Shown: positions 29,701 to 39,709 of the stretch, in pieces
Numbering within the stretch: position 1 is the first letter of the stretch
Layout: each line of letters opens with the position of its first letter
IMG/VR virus record: IMGVR_UViG_3300047557_001498
Location: 51,070 to 115,069 of that record
Strand: one strand, 5' to 3'
DNA from: a virus
DNA length: 64,000 bases
Notes under the pieces: model-generated
Databases searched by the model: none
What the model saw: only the letters and a program-made list of their open reading frames with translations
What the model was told of the DNA's origin: nothing
Made by a program: the position numbers and the translations under genes

Positions 29701-30659
29701 TGTTGTTCTTGTGCTCGTTCTTGATCATTCATAATCAATCTTCCAGCAGCTGCATCTTCAAATGAACTACCAACAACTGTTGGTAAACCTATCTTAAAAT
29801 AATTAAAAATTCCAGATTTTGTATTTTCTTTTGGTAAAAATTCAGCTACACCTGTTGCAGAAACATTTAAGGTTTCTCTATTTGCAAGCAAATCTCTTGT
29901 TATTATTGTTATTATATTCGTTTTTGGTGGAAGTGGTCTTCCCGTTGGATCAAGAACAACATCCGGATCACCGTCTTTTAAATCGAGAACTGTTTGTTCT
30001 CCAGATAAACCAAGTGATAACGTTGATGGAGCAACGATTTGAACTTCAGCGGTTATAGAAGTGTTCTGATTAAATGACCAGTTAAATCCATAAATGATTC
30101 CAACGAACTCTAATTTATTAACCTTTGGATCATATGCTGGTGTAGACCAACCAAAACCAATATTTACTCTATTTCCAGGTGTAAAAAATATTCTCTGAAT
30201 TGCTTCTAGTGCAAAACCATCAGGAAGCATACCGGGAAAGAAAGTAAATCCAAATTTACCTTTTAATAATGCACCCCTTTGTCCTTCATTTGATATTTCT
30301 ATATGTGTTAGTAATGGGTAGTTCGGTACATTTCTTTCAGAATCATACAATGTTAATCTGCCTTGACCATCGGAATTTGTTTTTATACCGTCTCTTTCGC
30401 TCAAATCAAATCCCAAAACTATCGGCAAATCTCTACCATCTTCTTTACTAAAAGTTTTTGATGTTACATATGCCCAAGGCATTTTTTGATAAGGCCATTC
30501 TATTGAATTTGATAGTCCAGTTCCAAGACTATTATTTATACCAGTTCTTGTTTTTGATCCGTAGTATTGTGCGCGTTTGTACATTTCCGCACGAACACTT
30601 GGCGTAACATCTAAATAATAAGGATTTATGTAAGTATCCAGATTATCAAAATAAGGCAT
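26742..30659 (-). CDS. Baseplate hub-like large structural protein; likely start MPYFDN
   Basis: C-terminal PVEFTVTIDGINGFKFGD...FTVTKILHKVTPSTWETTL typical of hub barrels; GGAGG SD before 30659; located in the tail module. Confidence 0.55.
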   Translation of the reverse strand: MPYFDNLDTYINPYYLDVTPSVRAEMYKRAQYYGSKTRTGINNSLGTGLSNSIEWPYQKMPWAYVTSKTFSKEDGRDLPIVLGFDLSERDGIKTNSDGQGRLTLYDSERNVPNYPLLTHIEISNEGQRGALLKGKFGFTFFPGMLPDGFALEAIQRIFFTPGNRVNIGFGWSTPAYDPKVNKLEFVGIIYGFNWSFNQNTSITAEVQIVAPSTLSLGLSGEQTVLDLKDGDPDVVLDPTGRPLPPKTNIITIITRDLLANRETLNVSATGVAEFLPKENTKSGIFNYFKIGLPTVVGSSFEDAAAGRLIMNDQERAQEQQEIVQQQVEAIVETFQELPPSLAEGIFTDTDGGVTASVPKADGDYRATYWNEQGAGGTQAKPAASFQLREFLRQFVSNNGDTNGEWIAKWKDRFSKSNISRYVLKPDSNGNAPKERVWETRARLDSHKNGNEPGFPLIDDLKLNDFNDFIDKINSKSDLDSKVLFIKRKIAQLAAQELREVKIAAIYKNRSGDNKNAELGRFGSQYCQFFYHDEKTNKVERDKYFWPDNLTICLVDSYSGQQDKVVTMINLWDEFFQKLGTTKSLRDALDGKSSENAKTLLELFESGRTNKTSYVYNGNTLQSPSTELEKRLNEYIDAAQKFALSGQEPVKNKKEGTDAETDDKKPAEKVTPEEKQRLDGEISELKTFQSRISTADVFKTDNNKVRQDFEKDYPPTRFVGGVDVKSIQDNISYDLKGAKNEEIPIRKSAQTSKFVQKLIDAREEQKKTGVDTVKDLIKVKSTAYQERLNNANNQNGGSSDGGADGAGGGSDGTGTGADPSQSQQYQSHLVGQTYWYITLKDLVEFANKMMETFEEGEEAKKYNFQKFRIMCENNETEYQPDVKSAYPQNVYFPDISMGGYQTFNPFYDNEYSDFLRTFEIKKDISPEIQGANIIETGGKKIRIEDDVINIGNILIGINLILKVYREFLIDNATNISYKNITSLFDVIIREINAASGDTYQLVSHLFTEPEKLSPKYTGPQELGNSVIKGMSVLSLEDTHIARKHSQTIKASENLGTDNLTDFELNDDIYSVKPFVFEATIFKPLIKNVQISSKPPKELAFSAYIAARGQESNAKGGDFRAKPYSGDGNVIRPIDRDNKEYEKQYDLNSKDKTKEEDAVATQGFTQEWCDNYRSILTKFKRLTTKPMYQSGRSIGVGGHWLNKAIYPVEFTVTIDGINGFKFGDVLKTTMIPRHYNVDWDMVFTVTKILHKVTPSTWETTLNTSARLSLDSPLTGIQVTANPLPDDKRLPDSRTDVYGPNREEVNRQ

Positions 30660-30660
30660 A

Positions 30661-30993
30661 TCACCTCCGGGTATTGTAATCAAATAACAATGAAGATATA
30701 CCGTCCATTGTTTCATACGGTATAGTTATCGGTATTCCTTTTGGAACGGCAAGTGTCCCCTTTCCTAAATTATTTGCCCTAGCAATAACAAACCAAAGTC
30801 TTTCGTCACCATAAAATTCTTTTGCAAGTAAATCTAATCTATCACCATCTTGTGTTGTTATTACCGTCCCATTTCCAGATCTGATAAAACTTGGATATAA
30901 CGTTGTTGATTTTCTTCTAACGGTTCTTTCTGTTCCATCCGAATCTATTTTTTTAGCATCTTTTATTGTATATGTGTATTCATATCTATTCAT
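30661..30993 (-). CDS. LysM/tail-X-like baseplate wedge protein (gp53-like)
   Basis: GDRLDLLAKEFYGDERLWFVIARANN...ITIP. Confidence 0.8.
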   Translation of the reverse strand: MNRYEYTYTIKDAKKIDSDGTERTVRRKSTTLYPSFIRSGNGTVITTQDGDRLDLLAKEFYGDERLWFVIARANNLGKGTLAVPKGIPITIPYETMDGISSLLFDYNTRR

Positions 30994-31060
30994 AGTTTAA
31001 TCCTTTGTTATATCCTATAAATATCATCTTCATTAGTAATTTTTATTTTATAGTAATAAA

Positions 31061-34000
31061 TCAAGTTTCGTTTGGATCAACAGGTTGTGCTGATCTAGGT
31101 CTGTATGTATATGCACCAAAATTATTTGGGGATCCAGCAACAGGAGTTTTGTATCTAGATGTTGCACTTGTTGTACTTAAATCATAACCACGAACACGAT
31201 TTCCTTTTGTAGCCCATTTTGTTCTCCATGATACACCCCCATCTGCAATCCACCATTCTCCATCAACTTGTTCAGAAAATGCCTTATATTCTTCGGGTAT
31301 AACCGCAATACCACCGATACCGGTATCTGGTACAAATTTATGAGTAAAGTATTGTGGACCAACCAACCAAAATTCTGATTTATCTCCGATTTCTTTTCTA
31401 CTACATGATGTAACCGCAGGACAACCGGTTGCCTTTTTAGGATCAACTACAAGTTTTACATCACAACCGGCTTGATCTTGATTCTCTAAAATAATTTCTA
31501 TTCTTCTATTTTTAGCATCAGAAGGCGGTATACCCTGAATTAAACTTGTTATACCAGCCCCTCTTGATTGTATTCTATTTTCATCAACACCTTTTGCTAT
31601 CAATAAATTTTTAACAGTTGTTGCTCGACTATTACTTAATTTCATATTGTATAATGCATATCTTTCATATGCATCTTTTTCTTTTGGTAGTTTAAAATCA
31701 ACTTCTTGACTCGCATGACCTACTAAAGTTATTTTTGAATTTTTACAGTCATTCAACATCCAATTTGCCAATTGATCAATGACTGCATTTGATGAATCCG
31801 TTACGTATCTATCTTCATCTGTACAGAAATTTATTCCACATAGATATTTTTCTACCGGCTTTTTAGGTGCTGGTTCTGGCTTTGTTTCTTGTTTTTTCTC
31901 CTCCGGTTTTGGTTTCTTTTCCGTAAGATCAACTATTGCACATAATCCGGTATTCATTGGGTGTTTGAGTGGTAAATCATCAAATGTTCTGAAGTAATTA
32001 ACTCTATCACCGTGAACTGGAACAAGGCCTGTTTCTAAAGATCCATCTTCTGATCTATCATCAAATAATGAATAGAATACACAATCCCACTCTGGACGAT
32101 AGATATTGAATGTAACAAAAGTACATTGAACATTTATAGTCTTTGGTAATTCTAATGCTCCTGGCATTGACAATGCCTTTATCAAATTTCCTTCTGCATC
32201 TTTTTTAGAGAAATCCCAATCTTCTCTCAACTTAGCAGTTTCCCAAGTTGTTTGTGTATTATCAAATGTATATGTTAATGTAGATAAAAATCCAGGAAAC
32301 TTCCTATACAAATTACCAAGATTCAATCTAACCACAGGAGCTTTCATAAATCCGTTATCAGTATATTCGGGAGCAGTCCATGATGCTAACATATTTAATT
32401 TACGCCAACTTGCCTTCAATTCATCCCTCGTTCCTATATGAACTGTAAATCCAAAGTTTATATCCCTTTCATATCCATCATAAGAATAAACTGGATCAGC
32501 ACGACCAATATATTTTATAGGTGTCCACGATGGTTTGTGGTTATCAACGATAGTATCAATATATGCCCTAAAAACTATTGCTTCCGTTGGTTTATATTCA
32601 GAACCTTTTAGATTTGCTCCAGTAAAATAGAATTGAACTAGATCTTCAGCAGCACCAACCGAATCTCCTTTACCGTCTTGAAAAGCATTTTTATGTTGTT
32701 CGTATACATATTTAGAACTCAAATCGGTTGTTGATCTTTTCCAATCTATAATGTTTATTCTATCTCCTCTAAACTTTGGAACTTTGAATACAAGTGACTC
32801 AGCAGTACCATTTTTCTTTGCCATATCAAGTAATTTTTTTCTATATTGTTCAGTAACATCCTTTTTTAATGTTGGGTATGCCGCATATTTGTAATTACTC
32901 ATTACAGCACTATCTTTTAATGTAAGTGATCCATCAGCATTTTCAGTCCAAATACCGGTTCCTCCAGAACCACTTGGTATTAGTGATGTGTATTGGATGG
33001 TGCTAACATAAACCTCACTTCTTAAATTTCCAGGTTCCCCTTCAGATCCAATTCCAAATCTATCTTCCAGATTATTATTTTTGAAATTTATTACTTTTGG
33101 GCTAGAACTAAATGTTCGAGTAGAATTATCTGCCTCCAATCCAGATCTAAAATCTTGTAATTTTGTAGTATCTGTTATGGCATCAAAAGTTTCCTCACTA
33201 CGTACCAATCCACTATAATTGCTTGTTTTGTAATTTTTTATAGGTGAATGATCATTTTGAATAACTTTTGCTGTATCTAAAAATCCTGTTTTATCTGCTA
33301 TATCAGCGAATGATGGTGTTTTAGTCGTATCACGAACTCTATCGCTAGGATTTGGATGTTTCCATTGTTCAAATCCTTTTTCATATAATCTTCTTGCTGT
33401 TGCCTTTTGAATACCATACGGAACTGGAGCAGGTGTTTCATATGGATTTGCACCTTCCATTCTTCTACTTGCACCAGCACTTGAATATGTTTTTCTTATT
33501 TTTTGAATATAATTTTTTAAAGCAACTAGTGTTCCACCAAATTCTTCGTCTGTAACATATGCATCATCATTGAAATCATTATTTCTATCTAATGGATTTC
33601 CTGGATTACTTGCATTACTTAATATTAAATCACCATATTTGTTAATAGACTTTTGAAATACATTTCCAGTATTTACTAAATTATCCTGTACACTTGTTGG
33701 TGAGAAAAATACTTCTCTATCAGTTCCCTTTTCTATACTTTCTTTTGTTGGAAAATATCCAGTAGAATTTATGCCCTTGTATGGATGGGTTGCACGATTT
33801 ATAGTAGTTCCAAATAATCCTAGAAAAGAATTAGGACCACCAAATATCGTAGATAATCTTTGTATTTTTGTATCAGTTGATATTTGTGGAAGATTTGTAG
33901 AACTATTAACATTGTATTTTAATTTTTGTCTTACGCCTCCACCCGAATTTAATTGCGGAGCACCGTTTTCTAATAATAAATTATTATCAACTATTACTAT

Positions 34001-37000
34001 CGGTTTGTAAGAATCTGGTAATAATTCTTTTGTCAAAGATACTAAACGGTTGTAATCACTTGTTCTGTTAAAAAATCCAGGTGATGTAAAATCTTCAAAG
34101 TCTCTATTATCAGTATTTAATTGACGAGTAACGGCTATATCTTCATATGCACCCTCACCATACATAAGAACACCATGACGAGCAAATCTGGTATTTATTA
34201 CAGCATTCCTACCAAATGTATTAAGTGGAACGGATAGTGGATTGTATATGTTTGTCCAATTTATTCCAAGAACTCCACCCGGTAAACCAGTAGCACCGGC
34301 TATACCTAACAATCCAGTTCCAGTATCAACCATTGGATTCATAAATTGCAATCCTATTTGTTTTGCATTCCACAATAATCCTTTCGGTGATAACAAGAAT
34401 TTAGTAATACGTTTTGTATCAAGAATTGAACGAACTACATTTTTAACCAATCCACCACGAACAATTCCTTCATCAAATGATTGTGCAGAATCAAGGAAAC
34501 TTATAGCACTATTTATATTATTCTTTATAGAACTTAAATCAATAGTTCCTGTACCTGGAAGATTTACAGAGTTTGGTATACTGTTTATAGCACGTAGAGA
34601 TGAAATTAAATCTTTATCTTCACCGTTCAGAGATGTATCTATAAATGGTTGAGGATATGTTGTTGATGTGTTAAATGAATCCCTTACCAAATTATATTTT
34701 GAATACTGATAATCGATGTGTGATTTGTATAAAACTCCATTGTAATATGGTAATCCATTGAATGATCTATTCAATGCAACAACTTGTGCCGCAGTTAAAC
34801 CATTTGCACCAATGGTAGAAAATGGTTGTGTTGCTGTATTTGGATTTCCGGTATTTGCCCAAACTGCCATTTCACCATCAACATATGTTGGTCTTGAATC
34901 AATACCACCACCTAATGTATATCGGTTCACATCCATAAATGGAACGACTATTGACGGATTTATTAAGAATGCAGCACCTGTTGTTAAATCAACAAGTTGT
35001 CCTGAAGACTTACCTCGTCTTCTGAATCCAGTTATATTGAATCCATACTTCTGAACATTTACAACAGGAGATTGATTATCTAATGTTGCTTTGAATCCTG
35101 ATATTGATTTTCCACCAAAACTCAAAGGAGCATATTGCTCCAAGTTGCTAGTTTGTAATGGTTGTAGTAATTGTCTAAATGTACTCAATGCAAATCTTTG
35201 TACTCTTTGTGGAAATCCTTGTAAACCCAATATATTAGGACTAAACATTGGATTTATTATCGGATATGCAGTTCCATCGAATTGAGACATATTTACCATG
35301 AATCCAAATCTATTTCCTTGTGTAAACCCAAAGAATCTAGTTGCTCTCATTGAATATGGATCAGTACCATCCCAATCAAACTGTGTTGATCCAGGAGTTA
35401 TGTTTACCCCGCCTGATGTAATCGGTTGTCCTTGATTTGTATTTGCATACGATGTTGCTTCTAATGGGGTGGCAAATGTATGAAAACCTCTCCAAGTTGA
35501 TATATTATTACGGTCAAAATACCCATTCGGATTGTTTGCATCATTCGTAGGTGCTTGATTTCTTGTTCCATCCCAATCGAATTGTGTTGTTCCAAGCGGT
35601 CCACCAATAAGAGTAACACCCCCACCTGCAACCGGCTGACCTTGACCGGTGTTTGTATACGAAGTAGGTTCTAACGGTGTTGCAAATGTATGAAAACCTC
35701 TCCAAGTAGATTGATTATTTTGATCAAAATATCCATTAGGATTGTTTATGTCATTAGTTGGTGCTTGATTTCTTGTTCCATCCCAATCGAATTGTGTTGA
35801 ACCCAATAGTCCACCAATAAGAGTAACGCCACCACCTGCAACTGGTTGTCCTTGAGCAGTATTTGTATATGAGGTTGGTTCAAGTGGTGTTGCAAATGTA
35901 TGAAAACCCCTCCATGTTACAATATTATTCGCATCGAAATAACCACTTGGATTGTTTACATCATTCGTAGGTGCCTGTGATCTAAAACCATCCCAATCGA
36001 AATCGGAAGTTCCAACCCCAAGTGGTCCACCAACAAGAGTAACTATTGTACCGGCAATCGGCTGTCCTTGGTTAGTATTGGTATATGATGTTGCCTCTAA
36101 TGGAGTAGCAAATGTATGAAATCCTCTCCAAGTGAATCTGTTAGTTATGTCAAAGTAACCATTTGGATTGTTTATGTCATTCGTAGGTGCTTGATTCCGC
36201 AATCCATCCCAATCAAATTGTGTTGATCCCAACTGTCCACCGATAAGAGTTACACCAGGTCCTGTTACTGGTTGACCTTGAGCAGTATTTGTATATGAAG
36301 TAGGTTCTAATGGTGTTGCAAATGTATGAAAACCTCTCCAAGTAGATTGGTTGGTTATATCAAAATATCCATTCGGGTTATTAGCATCATTTGTTGGTGC
36401 CTGTGATCTAACGCCATCCCAATCAAAATCAGTAGTTCCAACGCCAATTGGTCCCCCAATTAGAGTAACTCCTGATGTAGTAACGGGCTGACCCTGATTT
36501 GTGTTGGTATATGAAGTTGGTTCAAGTGGTAAAGCAAATGTATGAAATCCTCTCCAAGTGAATCTGTTAGTTATGTCAAAATATCCATTGGGATTGTTTA
36601 TGTCATTTGTAGGTGCTTGGTTTCTAGTTCCATCCCAATCGAACTGTGTTGATCCGAGAAGTCCACCGATAAGAGTTACACCTGGTCCTGTTACTGGTTG
36701 TCCTTGTGCAGTGTTTGTATATGAAGTTGGTTCAAGTGGTAAAGCAAATGTATGAAATCCTCTCCAAGTGAATCTGTTAGTTATGTCAAAATATCCATTG
36801 GGATTGTTTATGTCATTTGTTGGTGCTTGGTTTCTAGTTCCATCCCAATCGAACTGTGTTGATCCGAGAAGTCCACCGATAAGAGTTACACCTGGTCCTG
36901 TTACTGGCTGTCCTTGAGCAGTGTTAGTATACGAAGTAGGTTCCAGCGGTGTAGCAAAAGTATGGAATCCTCTCCAAGTTGATTGATTGGTTATGTCAAA

Positions 37001-39673
37001 ATAACCATTCGGATTGTTAGCATCATTTGTTGGCGCTTGTGATCTAACCCCATCCCAATCAAAATCAGTAGTTCCTGCACCAATAGGTCCTCCGATTAAA
37101 GTAACACCAGATGTAGTAATCGGCTGTCCTTGGGCTGTATTCGTATATGATGTTGCTTCTAATGGAACAGCGAATGTATGAAAACCCCTCCAGGTAAATC
37201 TATTTGTTATGTCAAAATATCCATTGGGATTGTTAGCATCGTTTGTTGGTGCTTGTGATCTAATACCATCCCAATCAAAATCAGTAGTTCCTGCACCAAT
37301 AGGTCCACCTATCAGAGTAACACCTGAAGTTGTAATCGGTTGTCCTTGAGCGGTATTGGTATATGAAGTTGCTTCCAATGGAGCAGCAAATGTATGGAAT
37401 CCTCTCCAGGTAAATCTATTCGTTATGTCAAAATAACCATTCGGGTTGTTTATGTCATTTGTTGGCGCTTGATTTCTCGTTCCATCCCAATCGAACTGTG
37501 TTGAACCTAACAAACCACCTATCAGAGTTACACCAGATGTAGTAACTGGTTGCCCTTGAGCAGTGTTTCTATATGAAGTTGCTTCCAACGGAGCAGCAAA
37601 TGTATGAAATCCTCTCCAAGTATGTTGATTGGTAATATCAAAATATCCGTTGGGATTGTTTATATCATTCGTAGGTGCTTGGTTTCTCGTTCCATCCCAA
37701 TCAAAATCAGTAGTTCCCGCACCAATAGGTCCACCTATCAGAGTTACACCAGATGTTGCAACTGGTTGCCCTTGAGCAGTATTGGTATATGATGTTGCTT
37801 CTAATGGAACAGCGAATGTATGAAAACCCCTCCAGGTAAATCTGTTAGTTGAATCGAAGTAACCGTTTGGATTATTTATATCGTTAGTTGGTGCCTGTGA
37901 TCTAATACCATCCCAATCGAACTGTGTTGATCCGAGAAGTCCACCGATAAGAGTTACACCTGGTCCTGTTACTGGTTGCCCTTGAGCAGTGTTAGTATAT
38001 GATGTTGCTTCTAATGGCGTAGCAAAAGTATGGAATCCTCTCCAAGTTGATTGATTGGTTATGTCAAAATATCCGTTGGGATTATTTATATCGTTAGTGG
38101 GGGCATCCGCACGAACACCATCCCAATCGAATTGTGATGATTCTGGAATATACTTTGTATCATATATCTGTGCAAATTTGTGGAATCCTTCGGTAGTAAA
38201 TTGAACTATTCTGTCAAAATAATTAACTTCAGGAGCATCTTGTGGTGTACCATCCCAATCAAATCTTGAAGATTCATTTACATATTTACTATCATATTCT
38301 ACAGCAAATGTATGGAATCCTTCTTTCGTATTTGCACCAGTCAAATCGAAATAATTTACACGAGGAGCATTTTGTCTTACACCGTCCCAATCAAATTCAG
38401 ATGAATCTGTTTTATACTCTGTGATAAACTTTTGAGCAAAAGATGTGAAACCACTCTTTGTAAACTTATTTGTATCATCGAAATAATTTACAACGGGTGC
38501 ATTTTGTCTTACACCGTCCCAATCGTAAGCAGATGCATCGGGTTTATATTTACTATCAAATTCAACAGCAAACGCTTCAAATCCATCCGTTGTATATTGA
38601 TTTGTTATATCAAAATAATTTGCCTCTAATATCGTTTCATATCCGAGATTAGATGAATTATTTACATATTCAGATTGTAACGGTTGAATTTTTTTTGTAA
38701 AACCGTCAGCATTTGTGTTATCAAAATAATCAACTATACTATCTTTTGAATTTGAAAGTGAAGAATTTTTATCAGTCTCATGTCTTCCGGATAATACAGT
38801 TTGCTCTGGATTCGTTAAATCTAAAATACTATCTGATATTGCCAAGTCTGATATTTGACCGTTATATCTTGTAGTATCAACTTTTTCTGTTATCTCTCTG
38901 TTTTCTATTCTTGACTGAGTTCTATATTTTTCGGGTGTTCTATCTATATTTAAAATACTATCCGATAAAAGTTTATTGCTACTTGCATTTACAATAAATT
39001 CCCTTGAACTAAATCCCTTGTCCAAATCAACACTCTGTCCTTCCCTATTATATGTTAATGGTATATTATTTAGAGTGACATCGGGATTTTGTATATTATC
39101 AGTTGCATCATCTGGATTAACTGTTAAATCTGGAGATTGTCTTTGTCTTTCATAAGTTAATGGTATATTATTTAAAGTAACATTTGGATTTACTATATTA
39201 CCAACTTCCGAACCATTGTCTATGACTTCGACATTTGATTGATTGTTATTAGTTCCTTGTTGTGTTCTTGCAATAACAACATCGGATTTGTTTATACTAC
39301 TTTGTACTACATCTTTACTTATTCTTGAAAAAGAAGAAACTATATTTTCAAGTGGTACTCTGGAAGGTGATCCAAAATTCGTTTCTATATTTTTTGGTGA
39401 ATATTCCGAAACTGCATTTATCAATACTTCTTGAAATACATTTTTTATAGTATCATCTAATTTAGTATCTTTTAATTTACCAACTAAATCAATATTACTA
39501 GGAGTTCTAACTCCAGGTCTATTATCTATTAAACCGTCTGTTATAGGTTTATATGAACCGAAGTTATTATCATAGGAATTTCGCGTTTGTGAACTTTTGG
39601 GTAAAGTGGTAGTTGGTTTCGGCGCATTATACCGAAACTTTGACAAATCAGATTTTAAATCTAGCAATGACAT
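31061..39673 (-). CDS. 2870-aa virion protein: tandem repeats, tail-tube-initiator/baseplate domain and C-terminal OmpA-like peptidoglycan-binding domain
   Basis: FRAYIDTIVD...W...YIGRADPVYSYDGYERDINFGF (tube-initiator-like); INF...LVGHAS...NMKLSNSRATTVKNLL..KGV...RI...G...NRRIEI (OmpA_C); lies between tape measure and LysM genes. Confidence 0.75.
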   Translation of the reverse strand: MSLLDLKSDLSKFRYNAPKPTTTLPKSSQTRNSYDNNFGSYKPITDGLIDNRPGVRTPSNIDLVGKLKDTKLDDTIKNVFQEVLINAVSEYSPKNIETNFGSPSRVPLENIVSSFSRISKDVVQSSINKSDVVIARTQQGTNNNQSNVEVIDNGSEVGNIVNPNVTLNNIPLTYERQRQSPDLTVNPDDATDNIQNPDVTLNNIPLTYNREGQSVDLDKGFSSREFIVNASSNKLLSDSILNIDRTPEKYRTQSRIENREITEKVDTTRYNGQISDLAISDSILDLTNPEQTVLSGRHETDKNSSLSNSKDSIVDYFDNTNADGFTKKIQPLQSEYVNNSSNLGYETILEANYFDITNQYTTDGFEAFAVEFDSKYKPDASAYDWDGVRQNAPVVNYFDDTNKFTKSGFTSFAQKFITEYKTDSSEFDWDGVRQNAPRVNYFDLTGANTKEGFHTFAVEYDSKYVNESSRFDWDGTPQDAPEVNYFDRIVQFTTEGFHKFAQIYDTKYIPESSQFDWDGVRADAPTNDINNPNGYFDITNQSTWRGFHTFATPLEATSYTNTAQGQPVTGPGVTLIGGLLGSTQFDWDGIRSQAPTNDINNPNGYFDSTNRFTWRGFHTFAVPLEATSYTNTAQGQPVATSGVTLIGGPIGAGTTDFDWDGTRNQAPTNDINNPNGYFDITNQHTWRGFHTFAAPLEATSYRNTAQGQPVTTSGVTLIGGLLGSTQFDWDGTRNQAPTNDINNPNGYFDITNRFTWRGFHTFAAPLEATSYTNTAQGQPITTSGVTLIGGPIGAGTTDFDWDGIRSQAPTNDANNPNGYFDITNRFTWRGFHTFAVPLEATSYTNTAQGQPITTSGVTLIGGPIGAGTTDFDWDGVRSQAPTNDANNPNGYFDITNQSTWRGFHTFATPLEPTSYTNTAQGQPVTGPGVTLIGGLLGSTQFDWDGTRNQAPTNDINNPNGYFDITNRFTWRGFHTFALPLEPTSYTNTAQGQPVTGPGVTLIGGLLGSTQFDWDGTRNQAPTNDINNPNGYFDITNRFTWRGFHTFALPLEPTSYTNTNQGQPVTTSGVTLIGGPIGVGTTDFDWDGVRSQAPTNDANNPNGYFDITNQSTWRGFHTFATPLEPTSYTNTAQGQPVTGPGVTLIGGQLGSTQFDWDGLRNQAPTNDINNPNGYFDITNRFTWRGFHTFATPLEATSYTNTNQGQPIAGTIVTLVGGPLGVGTSDFDWDGFRSQAPTNDVNNPSGYFDANNIVTWRGFHTFATPLEPTSYTNTAQGQPVAGGGVTLIGGLLGSTQFDWDGTRNQAPTNDINNPNGYFDQNNQSTWRGFHTFATPLEPTSYTNTGQGQPVAGGGVTLIGGPLGTTQFDWDGTRNQAPTNDANNPNGYFDRNNISTWRGFHTFATPLEATSYANTNQGQPITSGGVNITPGSTQFDWDGTDPYSMRATRFFGFTQGNRFGFMVNMSQFDGTAYPIINPMFSPNILGLQGFPQRVQRFALSTFRQLLQPLQTSNLEQYAPLSFGGKSISGFKATLDNQSPVVNVQKYGFNITGFRRRGKSSGQLVDLTTGAAFLINPSIVVPFMDVNRYTLGGGIDSRPTYVDGEMAVWANTGNPNTATQPFSTIGANGLTAAQVVALNRSFNGLPYYNGVLYKSHIDYQYSKYNLVRDSFNTSTTYPQPFIDTSLNGEDKDLISSLRAINSIPNSVNLPGTGTIDLSSIKNNINSAISFLDSAQSFDEGIVRGGLVKNVVRSILDTKRITKFLLSPKGLLWNAKQIGLQFMNPMVDTGTGLLGIAGATGLPGGVLGINWTNIYNPLSVPLNTFGRNAVINTRFARHGVLMYGEGAYEDIAVTRQLNTDNRDFEDFTSPGFFNRTSDYNRLVSLTKELLPDSYKPIVIVDNNLLLENGAPQLNSGGGVRQKLKYNVNSSTNLPQISTDTKIQRLSTIFGGPNSFLGLFGTTINRATHPYKGINSTGYFPTKESIEKGTDREVFFSPTSVQDNLVNTGNVFQKSINKYGDLILSNASNPGNPLDRNNDFNDDAYVTDEEFGGTLVALKNYIQKIRKTYSSAGASRRMEGANPYETPAPVPYGIQKATARRLYEKGFEQWKHPNPSDRVRDTTKTPSFADIADKTGFLDTAKVIQNDHSPIKNYKTSNYSGLVRSEETFDAITDTTKLQDFRSGLEADNSTRTFSSSPKVINFKNNNLEDRFGIGSEGEPGNLRSEVYVSTIQYTSLIPSGSGGTGIWTENADGSLTLKDSAVMSNYKYAAYPTLKKDVTEQYRKKLLDMAKKNGTAESLVFKVPKFRGDRINIIDWKRSTTDLSSKYVYEQHKNAFQDGKGDSVGAAEDLVQFYFTGANLKGSEYKPTEAIVFRAYIDTIVDNHKPSWTPIKYIGRADPVYSYDGYERDINFGFTVHIGTRDELKASWRKLNMLASWTAPEYTDNGFMKAPVVRLNLGNLYRKFPGFLSTLTYTFDNTQTTWETAKLREDWDFSKKDAEGNLIKALSMPGALELPKTINVQCTFVTFNIYRPEWDCVFYSLFDDRSEDGSLETGLVPVHGDRVNYFRTFDDLPLKHPMNTGLCAIVDLTEKKPKPEEKKQETKPEPAPKKPVEKYLCGINFCTDEDRYVTDSSNAVIDQLANWMLNDCKNSKITLVGHASQEVDFKLPKEKDAYERYALYNMKLSNSRATTVKNLLIAKGVDENRIQSRGAGITSLIQGIPPSDAKNRRIEIILENQDQAGCDVKLVVDPKKATGCPAVTSCSRKEIGDKSEFWLVGPQYFTHKFVPDTGIGGIAVIPEEYKAFSEQVDGEWWIADGGVSWRTKWATKGNRVRGYDLSTTSATSRYKTPVAGSPNNFGAYTYRPRSAQPVDPNET
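35381..38527 (-). repeat. In-frame coding tandem repeat: 13 units of about 70-72 aa (210/216 nt) preceded by 3 units of 44 aa (132 nt)
   Basis: Unit FDWDG.R.QAPTND.NNPNGYFD.TN..TWRGFHTFA.PLE.TSYTNTAQGQP....VTLIGG; near-identical DNA at 36601 and 36811 (period 210). Confidence 0.95.
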
Positions 39674-39709
39674 ATTTTTTCCTATTGTTTCCTATAAATA
39701 TGATTTCTA

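Noticed and set aside
35381-38527. Long tandem repeat as a possible CRISPR array or DGR
   Set aside because: Units are multiples of 3, in frame, vary mostly at synonymous sites and have no unique spacers; no cas or reverse transcriptase gene is present.
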